The notes: generated by a model from the sequence alone, not told the origin. DNA of 63,352 nt, filler included, from Choristocarpus tenellus KU-1152 (GCA_964200185.2; 13 parts of 13 records of this genome joined end to end with filler, not necessarily neighbours in it); one strand, 5' to 3'. Shown: positions 25,230 through 39,227, counted from the first letter of the whole stretch. Numbers and translations are program-made.

Positions 25230-25406
25230 TCATGTTTGTTAGGAGATGTCAATATACTTGTTCCAGACACTCCTTTTCATAACGTATACATTTTACCTAC
25301 TCAGAAACATTTCGGAGTAGGTAAAATGTCATTAAAAAACAGTGGGAAGCCAAGTTCCAAATGGACAAACAGGGGGAAACTTGTACCCTCCAAGATACTT
25401 TCACTC
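25230..25406 (+). mobile_element. MITE family A, 5'-truncated
   Basis: Matches the 3' two-thirds of 25735-25993; ends TACCCTCCAAGATACTTTCACTC. Confidence 0.9.
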
Positions 25407-25734
25407 AAATCCCTGATAAATTGGACCTGTTTCAATCTCAATCACAACAATAGGTAAAAGTGGTTGCTGCAAAATGATGTGATGCAAGATGCAGTAGATG
25501 ATGCATCGTGTGCTATTGGTTTGGTGGTGTAAGAGATGTGTATTCCGTGTTTGGTTTGTCAAGATTTTGTTCGATTGATATACTTTGTGTGGTGCCAAGA
25601 TTAGCATAATGGAGTTGTACCCGGATTGTTATATACGCATTACGATAAACTGTATGTTCAGGGGAAGCACTGATTCAGAACATCATATGTAGAGAACAGT
25701 TCTGGATATCAATCGAGAAAATTGGAGGGGATAA

Positions 25735-25993
25735 GAGTCAAAGTATCTTAGAGGGTAGAGTCACGTCCATTTGGGGGCCAAAATCCAATGTTGCGATTTT
25801 GATGTAATTTTGGCTATTGTGGTTGTTAGAAGATGTCAATATCCTTGTTCCGGACACATCTTTTCATAGCGTATACATTTTACCTACTCGGAAACCTTTT
25901 GGAGGAGGTAGTATGTCATTAAAAACCCGTGGGATGTCAAACCCCAAATGGACAAACAAGGCAAACCTCGTACCCTCTAAGATACTTTCACTC
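25735..25993 (+). mobile_element. MITE family A, full length (259 bp), TSD ATAA
   Basis: 23-bp TIR GAGTCAAAGTATCTTAGAGGGTA / TACCCTCTAAGATACTTTCACTC; ATAA on both sides. Confidence 0.97.
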
Positions 25994-27683
25994 ATAACTA
26001 AGGAGAGGTAGATGAGTTGCTCACCAGGAGTAGGATCACTACCATGACTTGAGCACCTATTTTCTTGAGGTGTTATTTCATGAACGTTTTGTCCCAAGCA
26101 AAAGGAATTATTAGTGGGGAGGCAGTGTTTTCTCCAAAACCGAATGTCTTGAAAATGCGTGGAAGGAAAATAAATTTGGTACCATAATAAAATTATGATT
26201 TTATGTACAACAGTGCTGCTTGAGAGTATCACATGTACAAAGTACAAAGGATATTTTTGGGGGGTACGAAGGTCGAGGGTAAGCCAGATTGTTGAATGAA
26301 GTAGTTAGTCGGAGTTGCTGAGCCATTGACTGTGAGGTGGATGGGTAGACACAGAGATTGCAGTGCTGATAATGTATCCTGTCTAGAGGCGGTTAAACCA
26401 CTGAGTTAAGCAAAATTACCTCCCATCCCACCCACCCTGTCACCAAAGAGAAGAGAGGGGGTTTGTGTGGGGATACATGGGGGGATTGGTCAGGCCCCAG
26501 AATGAATGGTGGGTCAACCAGGCAACCCGACATGCCTTCACATGGATTTGCCTAGAGACTTCATTGCTTTGTTGTGTTCTGATGGAGGGTGAGTTTCGTT
26601 TGAATTTTACTATTTCTTGTTCGCAACTGCCATGAGTCTCTCATTTGCATGAGTATCAATCCCATATTGTTGAACAAGAACGCAACAATGGTATCTCTTC
26701 TTACGAATATTATTGCATCTCGCATTGCAGAAGATAGTGATTTCTTACCCAACAAGGCTTGTATAACAATAGGTACGTGCAGTGAGGAAATCCAGCAACC
26801 ATTGTCACCATCATCAGCTAGTGCACAGAATATTTCGCTCCCTTGACAATATGGGTTAAATATCTGAGACAGAGAGGCATAGTCTCGTAACAAGAACTGC
26901 AGTGTGTCCCATCCCGGGTACTACTAGCTCTGTTGGTCCCAACGCACAAATATTTTCCAATCAATTTCGTCCTGCCGTGTTACCCTACCACGTCACTGTT
27001 TGTGGTACTATCACACGTCTAGGAAACAGTACTGGTGGCAGGTGCACAACTTACAGCATTTGAATATTCTTTTCATCATTGATACTACTAGTACTACTAC
27101 TATCTTGGCATTAGCCTGGTGTTGGTAGAGACACCGCACATTGCACCACTTACCATACTGTCCAATTAACTGTTGCATACGACTAATCGCACACTGCCTT
27201 GATTCATGCCTTGATTTTTGTGCCTTTGGTCCAACCTCGTCGCTCCTATCATAACACGCCTCACATTGAAGGGTAGTGGAGTATATACTAAGAAAAGCAA
27301 CATATTATAATGCTTCCTCCAAGAAGAGCATACTGCCTAGTAGACATCTTGGTTGATGGAACCAATAGAATGCTGCTTTCATCCTGTGACCTCCTCTACC
27401 ACCCCTTAATACCACTCCGATAGTACTCTTGGGGATTTTATTCGCTAAAATGGTTACTCCGAGCATTTTTATTATTATACTCGTATGCGCACTGATATTT
27501 TGTAGATGTGTAACGGAACCAGAAACACAACAAATAGAATAGAACGAACACCACAATTGATTACGATTCTTCCCGAAGCATCAACAACATGAATGCTTAA
27601 GTTAATCTTTTGGTTGTTATATTGCCCTAGTATATTATGTATGTATTTGTAGTATGTGGTACCACAAAAAATATGTTGTACTA

Positions 27684-29327
27684 CTACCTCCGTGCCAATG
27701 GTAGTGTCGCATTGTCCAAACTTTTGAAGATGATGAAACTCATTTCTGAAAGAAGATTTAGAATCCTTGACGATTTTCTGGTTAAGGTCAACTCTTTTGT
27801 TGTTATTACTCCTTATCAACCACAATTTTATCAGTCATAGAAAAAGCCTCCATGTCTACCTTCAGCGTGTTTTCAAGCTCACCAGACAACTGCCTCTTGC
27901 TTAACCCTATGTGCTCCACACTGAATTCATTCCCCACTTTCTATCGAAGTACTTGATTGTACACCCCAAAAAGGAGCTGCCAAGCCCTCTCAAGTGTGGT
28001 TTCATCATAGTCCTCGTACTGTTTCTTATTGACCTTCACCATCTCCTTGAAGGACCCAAACCACTCCCGGCATTCCAAAGGCCTGAAGAAGTACAGCTCC
28101 ATAATTGAGGTCGGGAGAGTTAGATGGCTGTGTCACAAGCCCAATCGACCACCCTTCAGTCCTCCCTGCTCCTGCCAAGATTTCTGAGTTGCCCTTGCCC
28201 GTGTGGGAGTTGGCAACCGTCTTGCTGAACGACAACATGCTTCCCTTGCAACCAAGGCATCTTGGTCTTGATTGCAGGCAGTAAATCCTCCGTGTACCAT
28301 TTCCTGTACCACAAATGGCCTAAAGTACAGTCCTTGCTCATACGCATCCCCCTTTTTATGGTTCTTTCTTGTCCTGCCTGCCGTTTTTGGCACACACACA
28401 CACGAAACACCAAGCTTTCCATCAAAGCTGTGAGCAGAATCTGGGGGGGCGTAGGCTGCAATAATCGTGGTTTGGGGGATATGACTCTTGTGCTGCACAG
28501 TAGGGGACCCTGGAAGGTCGCTATCATCCTCATGTGGAAATACTCTATCCCTTTCCTCATCAGTCATCAAGTAAAACCAGGTTTCATCCACATGGATCGT
28601 GTTCACCATGGAAGTATACACACCATGTTTGCAGTCCACTGATCGCAAGCAAGCTCCATTCTCCATACATTTTGCCACGATTTAAGCTTGGGTTTGATCC
28701 AGCGGTGATTCGGCATGGCTCCCATATCATCCAACCACCTGTTTATGGTGCTCGTGCTATGATTCAGCCCCTTGGCAGTCATCTTCAATGTCACCTGATG
28801 CGCCGTGGATGACCGATCATCGGAGTTGATACTATGTATTGCGACCATCTTGGTCGGTGTGAGCTCCAAAAGTTGCCCACTATGTGCCGCCACCCCTAGG
28901 TCAAGCATGTGGCCACGGGTGAGCTGATCGGCAACGTCTCAGAGCTCTCGCGGGTGCTGGTCCAACATGTCGCGGCAGCTTATGCTCACCGGGGACCATT
29001 TGCAAGGGCGTGTCACACTGCAAGCGCAACCCTGGTATTCAGGGGCACTTGGGCACCCTTCCTACGCAGGGGGGTCGACAGGGGGGTTGCCATGCTGACG
29101 TTCTGGCCCTTGATGTGCTCAGTTCTGGCCTCAAAATCACCCCCAAAGACCCCATTTGACGGCTTGAAGCACCTCGAGTTTGTAGCTGATAATCCTCGAC
29201 CCCGACCTTTTCTGAAAGCTGAGGTTGTCAACCCGATTTCATTCTGTGGGGTTATTGTCCGATTCGGCGCCGTTCTCGCTCGGTGAGTCCAGATGTTTCG
29301 CGGCACAAACTTATGGAACAGAGGTAG
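27684..29327 (-). mobile_element. Tc1/mariner element, plant-mariner (DD39D/Stowaway-partner) type, full length with frameshifted transposase
   Basis: TA|CTACCTCCGTGCC...GGAACAGAGGTAG|TA; motifs IHVDETWFYL, KSHI, FDGKLG, VVVQQDG, QPSNSPDLN spread over three frames. Confidence 0.9.
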
Positions 29328-29469
29328 TACCAAATAAAGGGATTGTTGTCTATAGATAATTCGTCAAATTTCTAATACTGAATAAATCTAGGTAATTGTT
29401 TTGAAAGGAGGATTATAATTGGTCTGCATAGGGGGAGTTAATGGAAATTTATCGATGTTTCTTTCAATA

Positions 29470-29697
29470 GACTTGTTAGATTCTTGGGATGCTTCCCCAG
29501 GTCCTCACCCTGGGGTACAGGGCTAAGCTTGGTTGGAGGGATTGGAGGGTAAATGGTGTGGCATAGCTGATAGTAAAATAGCAAATAATAGAAAATTATC
29601 TTTCAAATTTACGACAACTAGTCATTTCCAGGTATTGTTCTGATATTTGATAGGGTTTTCATTGGGTTTTTTCCCCTGACATATCTGCAAGATTTTA
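29470..29697. repeat. Dispersed repeat; inverted copy at ~57090-57390
   Basis: CTTGTTAGATTCTTGGGATGCTTCCC...CCCTGGGGTACAGG...TAGCTGATAGTAAA is the reverse complement of 57205-57325. Confidence 0.8.
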
Positions 29698-29774
29698 GAC
29701 CCAAAGTATCTGGAGGGGGGGGGGGGGGAGGCCTCCACCCCGGGTCCTTATTTGGAATATACCCAGGAAAAACA
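29698..29774. mobile_element. MITE family B terminus, cut by the contig edge
   Basis: GACCCAAAGTATCTGGA-polyG. Confidence 0.8.
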
Positions 29775-30787
29775 NNNNNNNNNNNNNNNNNNNNNNNNNN
29801 NNNNNNNNNNNNNNNNNNTTAATTAATTAANNNNNNNNNNNNNNNNNNNNNNNNNNNNNNNNNNNNNNNNNNNNCCGTTGTTTTGACTACTGTGATATGG
29901 GAAAGGTGGGGGAGAGGGGAGGGGGAGGGGGGGGGGGTGGGGGATGTGCAGCAGAAGTCAGTTTTGTTGTGTGTTTGTGTTTGTGTGTTTGTTTGTTTTC
30001 GCTGTTAGTACTGTTATGGAGTATGGAGTATGGTGTATGGTGTATGGTGTTGACGAAGTATGGGAGGGGTTCTCTCTGTGGGGAGTTATGGGGTGATATG
30101 ATATGAATAATGATGAATATAGTAATAAGAACAATGGTGATGATGATGGTAATGACATATTCTCACCTCCCTTGTGTATGATGTATGATGATAAGTGTAA
30201 GTAATAGTATCAAGTAGGGGTATATGCTGTGCTAGTAGGACATGTGCACACACAAAATATAAAAAATATTGATGGTAATCATGATGTGCTTGTTCTCTTC
30301 CATCTTAGGGTTAGGGTGCATACTTGCAGTGTGGGATTAGAAATATAACAATCTAGCAATGATACCAAGTCACCATCATTGTTTCGTACATGGGTACTAT
30401 TTTGTAGCACACCTTGTTTGCATATTATTATTAATATTATAGTATTTTAGTGTTATTATTATTATTATTATTACTAATATTATTATGCTTGTTGCCATAT
30501 GTGGGATGGAACTAGGGTTGTGGTTTAGTTGGTGGAATGGTGTATGTATATGGCAATGGAAGGTTCCTTGGAGGGTGTGTTGTCTATTTTTGACACCATC
30601 AGGTCTATACCCTAAAATGTCATATCTACCCTTGCGTCCTTACTTCAGCATACAGAGGTGTCTATGGCATCTTGGGAAAATCGAAAGCCTGTTGGATAGC
30701 GGAGCCTTGTTTGCATCCCTTTTATAGACATGTGCATGTATGTGTATGTGTGTGTGTAAATATGTAAATATACCACTGTTGTTGCAG

Positions 30788-33700
30788 GAGAAGAAAGACG
30801 CAGACAGGGCTGTCTCAAAGAGGAAGGAGGAAGTTCGCTTAAGGCGTAAACAGGAGGAGCAGAGGAGACACACGGCATTCATGGCCTGCAGGGCCGGGGG
30901 ACTTGATGAGGTGGGGTTTATTGTTGTATTTTATTGTTGTATGGTATATGTGGGCTGTGTGTAGTGTTTGCATGTTGGCGGTTTTGGTAGTTTGAGTGAG
31001 ATGTTAGTTGTGAGTGCTTTGTCTGTCTGTGGGTTTGAAGTGATTGGGTGGAAGATTACAATTAGTTGTGAGAATATAGAGGTGGCCATGAGGAAAATAA
31101 TAATAAATGATAGTAGGAATAATAATGCTGCTAGATGTGGATTGGTCAATGGGTGACAGGGTTTTGATAACCATTGTAGTATCTCGATATATATATGTAT
31201 ATATACATATTTTATTAGCTCGTTGTATATGAGATAAGACTCTTTGCGATGGCCTGGAGGCAGAGTTGTGTCTTTAGTGTGTGTAGTGTGTGTAGCGTGT
31301 GTTTCACTTGGGAGGGGTGTGTGTGGAGTGTGTTTGGGGTTGTGTAAAAGTTAGATGATGCTGGTCTGAGATATGATTCACTATAATCATGTAGTTTGCT
31401 TTTTTTCTTACATACAGGCGTACATACAGGCATACATACATACAGGCATACACACAGATATTTTAAGAGACTGTCATGTGCAGAGACCTCTAATGAACAC
31501 CTGTGATGGTTTGTCAGATCAAGGCCATGCTAGACTCGGGTTTGATTCGCTGTACAGAGAGGGAGAGGGACAGTGGACAGTCAGGGGCATCCTTGCTTCA
31601 TGCCTGTGTAACGGAGTTTGGGGGTGCTGCTGAGGTTGTGTCACCTGGTACGGGGGAGCTGGCCAAGCACAGGCTTGGGGTTGCTAAGGCAAGGAACACG
31701 GAAGGCGTGGAGGAGGGCAGAGTTTACAGTTTTTTGTTGCAAGTTTGATCGGTATGCCTTGGGTTTGGACACTGTCTCGTAGGCGTTTTCTAATGTAAGG
31801 GGTGTTCTAGTGTAAGGGGTGTCTACTGAACTGCATCGTACCATGTATTTCACATTGATTTTGGAGTTAGGTTTAGGGTTAGGGTTAGGGTTAGGGCTGC
31901 TGAGAATGGAAATAAAAAATAGTATGGTATTAACTTTTTTCTTATTCTAGTGTTAGGTTTAGGTGTGATTTTTCTGTGTATTATGAAGCAGTAGAGAGGT
32001 GAGCACAGGGGGGGGTCATTGACCTGACTCCGCTTTCTTTGAGTTGAATCAAATTTTGGAGGGTCGCTTTTGTGTTGATATTTAGAAGAAGAAAATCAAT
32101 GTTGAACTTTTTTTTGAAAAAAAAGAAAGTGTTCTGACATCCATGTCACACACAGTGCGATTTTAGTGTTCCGAAAATAGGAACACGTGTATAGGTTTTG
32201 TCAACGGTGATATGTTTTTTGAAGTTTTTTGAAATGTGATGATTTTCTTTGTTGAAGTGTGTTGGTAAAACCAATCGACCAAGTAACTGTTGGTATACTC
32301 TTAGGGCTAGGGTAACCCTAACCCTAACCCTTTAGTTTACTTCAATTTGCTGTGCTCTTTCAGTGGAAAGTAAACACTTAAAAATCGAAAGTAATGGTAA
32401 TAAGAATAGGAATACGATTTTGGAATGTTTTGTTGGAGAGGGAAGGGGGGGAACGGGTTGTTTATATATCTTCTTTTGTTTTATGCTTGAATACAATTGG
32501 TCTACACCTTGTTGTAGGTGGTCACAATGTACCCATCCAGTCGTGAGGGGTGACTTTTTTTCATTTTGAGATTGTACAGATATAACTATAATAGTATTGC
32601 TCCTGAGTGTATGAAAAGAATGGACCTTGTTTTGTTGGCTTGGGAGCTTGAAGTTGGTTGGTAATTGAAAAAAATCCAGATATCACCATTGGTAACACCC
32701 CCCTCCCCACTCTAAGATTTAGTGACAAGTACCTGTCTGGAAGTGTTAATAGATATGATTTTTTATGTAGCGACTTTTGTGAGTTTTGTTATCATTATTG
32801 TCTTGAGAATTATTTTTTATTGTTCTGATGTTGAATGTGATGCATATTGTAAATTTCTCTTGTCAGTTTTTTCATGTGGGCACGATTATATATTCATCTC
32901 ACAGAAAGTTATATCGCCTAGGAGGGTTTTGTAAATCCCTTCCCCCTCCTCTTCCTCCACCGTTTCCACCCTACAGGTGTTGCTAGAATGTGCTAACCCA
33001 CAGGTGGATGCAGGGGTGGTGGACACCGCTGGGCTGACAGTTTTGCACAGGGTTGCAGAGGCGTTGGATCTTCCATATCTTGGCTTGCTGTTGGAGGAGA
33101 GGAAGAAGTCGCAAGGTATTCAGTGTTGAGATTTTTTTTTTAGTGTATGTGTGTTGTGGGGGATTGATTTGTGTGACTCTAGGGATTGTGGTGTCGTTGG
33201 AGTGGAGTGGGGGGTGGACACAGTGATGTATGGGTTTTGTATTGGTTCCAAGAAATGGGTTTGGACAGGAAAATATAGAATTGAATATTTTTTGTTAGTT
33301 TACTACATTTTTATTTTTATTTTTTATTATTTTGAATACTTTTGTATTGTGCCACCATGCGCTATGTAATGCTGTGGTGATTTGCTGTGAAAGATTCATT
33401 GATAGGCAGGATTTTGGTGTTGATAGGTAGTTCTTGATGGGGTGTTGTGTTGGAGTGTGTTGTGTTGGAGTGTGCTTTTTGAGATGGTACATCATATGGG
33501 AGGCGATTTTTCTGTTCGAGATATTTTTTTGGCAATAGTAGCAAGATTTGTTTGGCCATTCGAAGTTTTATGTTTTGTTCAATAATATTAGTGCCTGCTA
33601 CAACAGTGAGGTCCTCCCTTGCTCTCCCAAGTACTACAGTCTCTTTTTACTTTTTTTACTTTTTTCCCCTCCCCCTTCTTTCTCTGTTCCAGTTGTGCCT

Positions 33701-34525
33701 GCTGCTCTCTTGACTGTTTACTCAGTCTGCTTCTACCATCCCCCACACTGTCCCCAGCAAGTTAGTCCACAACCCTATCGTATCGTATCCTGTCCCACCC
33801 ATCTACTGTCCCCTCTATCCCCATGCCCTCATCTCCAACCGCCTTCACCTTGCCTCAGTGTTCCAATAACTTAGCTATAACTTAGCTATAACTTAGCTAG
33901 TCACAATGCAGATGCACAACAGTACAATACAGTTTCCTGCCCTAACCCTTTCCTCATCCTGACCTGCATGCACGCCTTTCTCTTCCCTTGAAACCCCCGT
34001 GCGATCTGAACCTGGGTCCCCCCTCCCTGGCTCTCCTGCTTGTACTGAATCTTGTACTGAATCTTGTATTTTTGCACAGAGCGCCGGAACCAGATTCAGT
34101 TGAACGAGCCATGCCTCAGTCGAGGCTGGACGCCATTGCATTATGTTGCTGCTGAGGCCAGCACTGATGGTGTGTCCACCCTTCTGGCAGCTGGTGCTAG
34201 GGTCAACTTCCAGGCGAAGCCTCCTCCTGGGGATGTCAGTGTGATCTCTAAGATGGGATTGAGTTCGAGCAGAGGGGGGAGGAACGCTAATGGGGGTTTG
34301 CATGGTGGAGGCGGTGGGTGGGGCTTGGGGGATGGTGGAGGCGTCGGTGCTGTGAGTAAGGCGGGTGCAACGGCCTTAGAAGTGGTTCGGGCATTGCTGT
34401 CGCAGGAGAGGTCGGGGGGTATGAGGAAGAAGATGCTGCAGGAGGTTGCCAGGCAGCTCGATGCGGCTGCTCAGGAGGTTGAGAGGGCTAAGGAGCTTCG
34501 GGAACGCAAGGAACGGGAGGCCAAG
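30788..34525 (+). CDS. Ankyrin-repeat/coiled-coil protein, internal exons 30788-30910, 31518-31688, 32977-33115, 34080-34525
   Basis: Motifs GASLLHAC, DTAGLTVLHRVA, GWTPLHYVAAEASTDGVSTLLAAGARVN; four phase-compatible exons; one GC donor. Confidence 0.85.
31865..31895 (+). repeat. Short interstitial (TTAGGG)n; similar short tracts at ~32301-32330, 44823-44841 and 56094-56109
   Basis: TTAGGTTTAGGGTTAGGGTTAGGGTTAGGG. Confidence 0.8.
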
Positions 34526-34592
34526 GTGCGTGTGTTGTGTGTTGTATTGTTTTTGTTTGCATTTTGCGTGTGTTATGCGTGTGTTATGCATG

Positions 34593-34631
<39 letters not shown>

Positions 34632-36212
34632 AATGTGTGTTTGTTGGGGGGTTGAAAGTTGGTTTGATTTTTAGTGGTAGGGTCTGTTGGTGGTTTTGGT
34701 GGGTGTGGGCTCATGTTTTTCTGTGAATCGTTTGGTATCCAGTAGATAGGTTGGGAGCAGGGCAGGGGGAGGAGGGTTTCTGAATTGTTCTTGTAAATAG
34801 TCCCAAAGATAATAATTATAGTAATAGTAGAAGTAATGGAAACAATGACGTGCGGTTAGCTATGTTGGTTGGGGTGCTTTTGTGTGATGTTTTCCCTGAG
34901 GAGGTGTTGGTAGATATGAACAGAGTAGGTGAGAGATGCTGTTTCATATGTCTGCGACCTTGTAATTTTGTTTGTGTTGGGATGGTGGATGCAGTTTGAA
35001 TCTTAGAATGGACCACTCTAGGGTAGTTACTGACTTTTGGGTCTACACACAAAGAGCACTTCCAGGAATAATGGATCGATCATCCTCCTCAGAAGTCATC
35101 AGACACATCCTTCAAGTGTTTTTATTGCAACTATACAAATGATGCCAATGTGCTCCCTCTCTTTTCCCCCCTCCCCCCCCCCCCCCAGCCCCCCCTCTAT
35201 TTTCGGTTATATTCCTTTAATTTCTCAGGTTTTTTGTTTTGNNNNNNNNNNNNNNNNNNNNNNNNNNNNNNNNNNNNNNNNNNNNTTAATTAATTAANNN
35301 NNNNNNNNNNNNNNNNNNNNNNNNNNNNNNNNNNNNNNNNNCCCCCTCTATGCTAAATCCCCCCCAATATACGGAGACGGGGCTGCAGTCAGCCCGGGTG
35401 GGGGGTTCGGCCCTGACCTCTGATTTGTTTTTTTCCCCACAAAATATTGATATGTTACTGTAATGTATCACTGTGGCACTGAAGCAAAGGTACCCGAGTT
35501 GGGCGAGAATCAAATCTAAGGTCAGCTTATTTGCTGTTAGGGTAGACAGGAGGCATTACTGAGGCGTAGCGCATGTATATACCTGGAATACACAGTAGAA
35601 ATGAGTTTAGATGACAGCGTGCCCACTGTTATTTCACCCCTGGGATGAAACACCTCAGCAAGCGAACCTCTTTTGGATACTTCGTAAGGCCCCGCTGCTC
35701 AACCTAATCGTCCATGAGTGGCATGGGTCACGTGGACAACGCCTCCTCTCATTTTCGGATCTTATCACGGTAGTAATTCACCCAAGGGACCAAGTGAAAA
35801 AAACAAAACAAAGCACATTTGATATATATATATATATATTTTATATGCATCTATTCTTGATTTGAAGTATTTTGAACACGTCGAAGCGGTTACAGCTAGC
35901 TAGCTCCCTCTAATCCCTATCGTGTAAAGGGGGGTCTAATCGTATTGCTGGTTGGCGTTGAGATACCCTGCTTCTTATATTGAACCGCTCTGATGGAGGG
36001 ACGAAGCATTGCTATGCCTCTGAAACTCCTGAGGCTCACTTTGTTTTGTTTTGTTTTTTGTTTCCCCCTGAGTGAATGCATTGTGTCGGACCATTGTTCT
36101 AAGTCACGCTTCACACTCCAACGTTGCATTTACAGGTGTATGGATAAGGTGTGAGTAGTGAAAGGCACTTGTGCGAGTTAGCAAGTCTGTCGAAGAAGCT
36201 GTGAAGGAGCAC

Positions 36213-37893
36213 CTAACAGACCGCATGCTCTCGCCCGGGCTTCAAGGTCCTGCACCTTCTGGCTTGCACCGTTAATGACTGCCTTGTCCCCGTCCTTCTT
36301 ACACAGTGTTCTGTTGAGGAATTAAAATAGTGTCTCTGTTGATTTCAGTCTTGCTGACTTGCTTTTCTGCTTCAGTTATGACACGCGAGTGCACGCGCAC
36401 CTTCGGAATGTACAGTCTCCGTGTGCAAGAGTTTCCAACCCCTCTGTATGAATGAGCATGTTTCTTGTCTTTTTGTAACCATGTTATCCGTTTTTTTAAT
36501 AGTCGATTTTGTCGAGATAGTTAGCTCTAAAGATAGGTATAGACACTTCAGGAGTGATGAAAGCTCCCAGGGTGTTTAGATCCGGTGCGATAACGTCCCT
36601 AATTTGGCGATGACTGAAGAATCATCCCTTCTACGCCTGTGACTCAAAAACGCAACTAATTTCTCGTCTACATGTCCGCGAAGTTGGTGTATTGTTGGGA
36701 CTTCCAAGGCAGAGTTTGAGTCAACTTTTCCTGTGCATGTTCTTATGTTTGCCTGCGTACAGGTTGCTGCTCTTCTGTTTGACCAATCAGTGATCCCACT
36801 GGTTGTATTCAGCGGAAAAGTGTGTCTGTCGGTGATGTAGAGAGAGGAGTGCACTTCCATGACACATGTTTCTTTTTAATTGATGATACATCGTACCGTT
36901 TGTCTGTCAACATCTCTGCCGACACATGAGCATTCCATTTTTTGCTACCCCAATATTCTTCTTGAAGGAGAAACAGGCTTCACTTCCTGGTTGTTGTCCT
37001 GATACACACTATATTTCACCGGAAGGATTAGGTTACTTCTTGGTTTTTCGTTTTCGATGTTGGTACAGGTAAAGAGTATTTGACCACATTCTGTCCTTGT
37101 TCTTGTCTTTCTTTGATCTGCACAAACTTTTGTTCTGCCACCCTACCCCTCACGTAAACACCGCACCACTGTCAGAACCGTCTTCTGTCTATCTTGTGAA
37201 ACATGCACATGTACAGTCCATCCAGCGATACTCTCCTGATTGCCTGGGGATATTGCCTGCTTATTTTATTCACCTGCTGGCTTGAAATTTCTCTCCAGTT
37301 CTGTTACTTCACCATTTCCAACACTACCTTCAGGGATGTGGATAGGAAAAAGGTATATATATATATATATATATACCTTTTTGAGGACTGCTACAACTAT
37401 CGGTATCGTACGAACATTCAGTAGAACAGGATATTGCATGGAAAACACTTCCCCCTCCCTAGTAGAGTAGATTGTAAGATCACATTGTGTAGCTAATGAG
37501 GCGTTTTGGGGGTCGTATGAAAAAATCGACATCTTAAAGTGAATAAACAAATGCAGCTGTTAACAGCTATAATTTCTCACCCATATTTTAGAATAGTGAG
37601 GTGCCTCAACCCAAGAGACGACTAATCACTCCTACTTGACATACTTCAACCTCATGCTCTCAAGCTCACTTGTATATATATATATGATTGTATAGAACAT
37701 GATTTATACATAAATCATTTTTCCACCAATCACTGAGAGTGGCAAGGCTCTTCATCCAGCCTACCAACATTTACACTATGCCCAGCCCTGCACCAGTCCT
37801 CTCAATCAGGACAGCAATCTCCGCTTGGGACATTAGTCTCTTCTTGTCTTGAGTGAACAAATGCCTCAAGAGTGTCGATTCCTCTTCTTCTCC
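36213..37893 (-). CDS. Possible PDZ-domain protein, two putative exons (~37893-37775 and ~36310-36213)
   Basis: EIAVLIERTGAGLGIV resembles the PDZ GLGF loop and joins in phase to TLCKKDGDKAVING...ARACGLL; rest unresolved. Confidence 0.35.
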
Positions 37894-39227
37894 TATCATC
37901 ACACAGCAGTTAAAAAATAAAAAGAAGTATACTGTTCTTTCACACCAGGCGTACAGTCGCATTCAGTTCCTATTCACACGATTACTGGATACACCTCTTT
38001 ATCTGTTAGAGGACACACACACCTTAGAAGGCATGACTCAGAAAAAAAGCAAAAAAAATGGTAATCAGAAGAAGAAAAAAAAATACTTGACTGACTAACC
38101 GCACGGCAATTAGACCCACCCGACACAAAGCACACAAGCTTCGACCTCGCAAGTTGCCTCCCCTTCCCAATGCAACACATGTATAACCCCCCTGCTTTTT
38201 CTCAGGTCATGCCTTCACAGGGGGGATCTGTTTCTGTGAGTTGTAGACGTGAGGAAGGACTTGTCAGAATTCGCAAGGTAAAAAATACTCTGCTCGAGTG
38301 CAATGACCAGTGAAGTCATTCACCCACAGTTTTGGTTCCTACACCAATGACAGGCACCCCCGTTCAAAAAAACAAAAAAAAACATTAATGTTTTTTTCCT
38401 CCTCCTGATCCCTCGTAAGATTCCCTCCTCACATCCACCACTCGCAAGACCAAGACCCTGATAATACTTTGTCATGGTTCACTCATTGCTCCGAGAATCT
38501 CAGATTCCGTTAGGTCCCCACACAAAATCACACTGTGCTGTGCAAATCAAGCACTAGCGTGTAAGAGTTCCGAATGCTTTTAAATCAAAGCGTAACCTGC
38601 TCTTGCTCCAAGGGGGGGGGGGGAGGGAGAACGCGGGGACACACCTCAACTCATGCCCCCTTAANNNNNNNNNNNNNNNNNNNNNNNNNNNNNNNNNNNN
38701 NNNNNNNNTTAATTAATTAANNNNNNNNNNNNNNNNNNNNNNNNNNNNNNNNNNNNNNNNNNNNAAGAAAAAAAAAAAAAAAAAAAAAAAAAAACAAAAA
38801 AAAAAAAAAAAAAAAAAAACCTACCCTGTATCGGTATCTATCAATGTGCACCGAATTCAAATCACGGAGGTCTTTCTAGGGGACTTTTTTTTTTCTTTTC
38901 CGCTTCATGTGTGTCTCGTTAGGACGCCAAACATACACACACACAGCTAGTTCATACTACAATTTCGAGGAATGACTCACCTGTGTGTGCTACGAATATA
39001 TATTGCGACCCCCACGAAAGCAAATTCTCATTAAAAAGAAAAAAGAAAAAAAGACGCAAACAGTGTGGTTCTTGCAGTGGAGGCTAGCTCGCAATGGCGA
39101 AGTGCCCAATAGCAGTCAATAAATACATTACACGTGTGTAATGTATTGAAGTAGGTCACGAAACAAATCAAAAGCAAAAATATTTCAAACAGTCCCCCCC
39201 ACCCCATCGCCTAACCCTTCATCTCAC

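Noticed and set aside
24972-25457. 161-aa ORF and similar ORFs sharing VNILVPDT...PKHFG text
   Set aside because: The shared peptide is incidental translation of MITE family A.
26440-26540. LVDPPF on the minus strand, resembling amino-methyltransferase motif IV
   Set aside because: Four-residue match in a stop-bounded frame with no SAM-binding motif seen.
29875-30500. Low-complexity ORFs and GT/TAT/poly-G runs
   Set aside because: Intronic simple-sequence DNA; the ORFs are compositional artefacts.
37771-37850. IAVLIERTGAG as a continuation of the CRAL-TRIO gene
   Set aside because: The equivalent strand (ITLVFDRT) is already encoded at 39228-39294, no YPERL motif follows, and it lies across a spacer.
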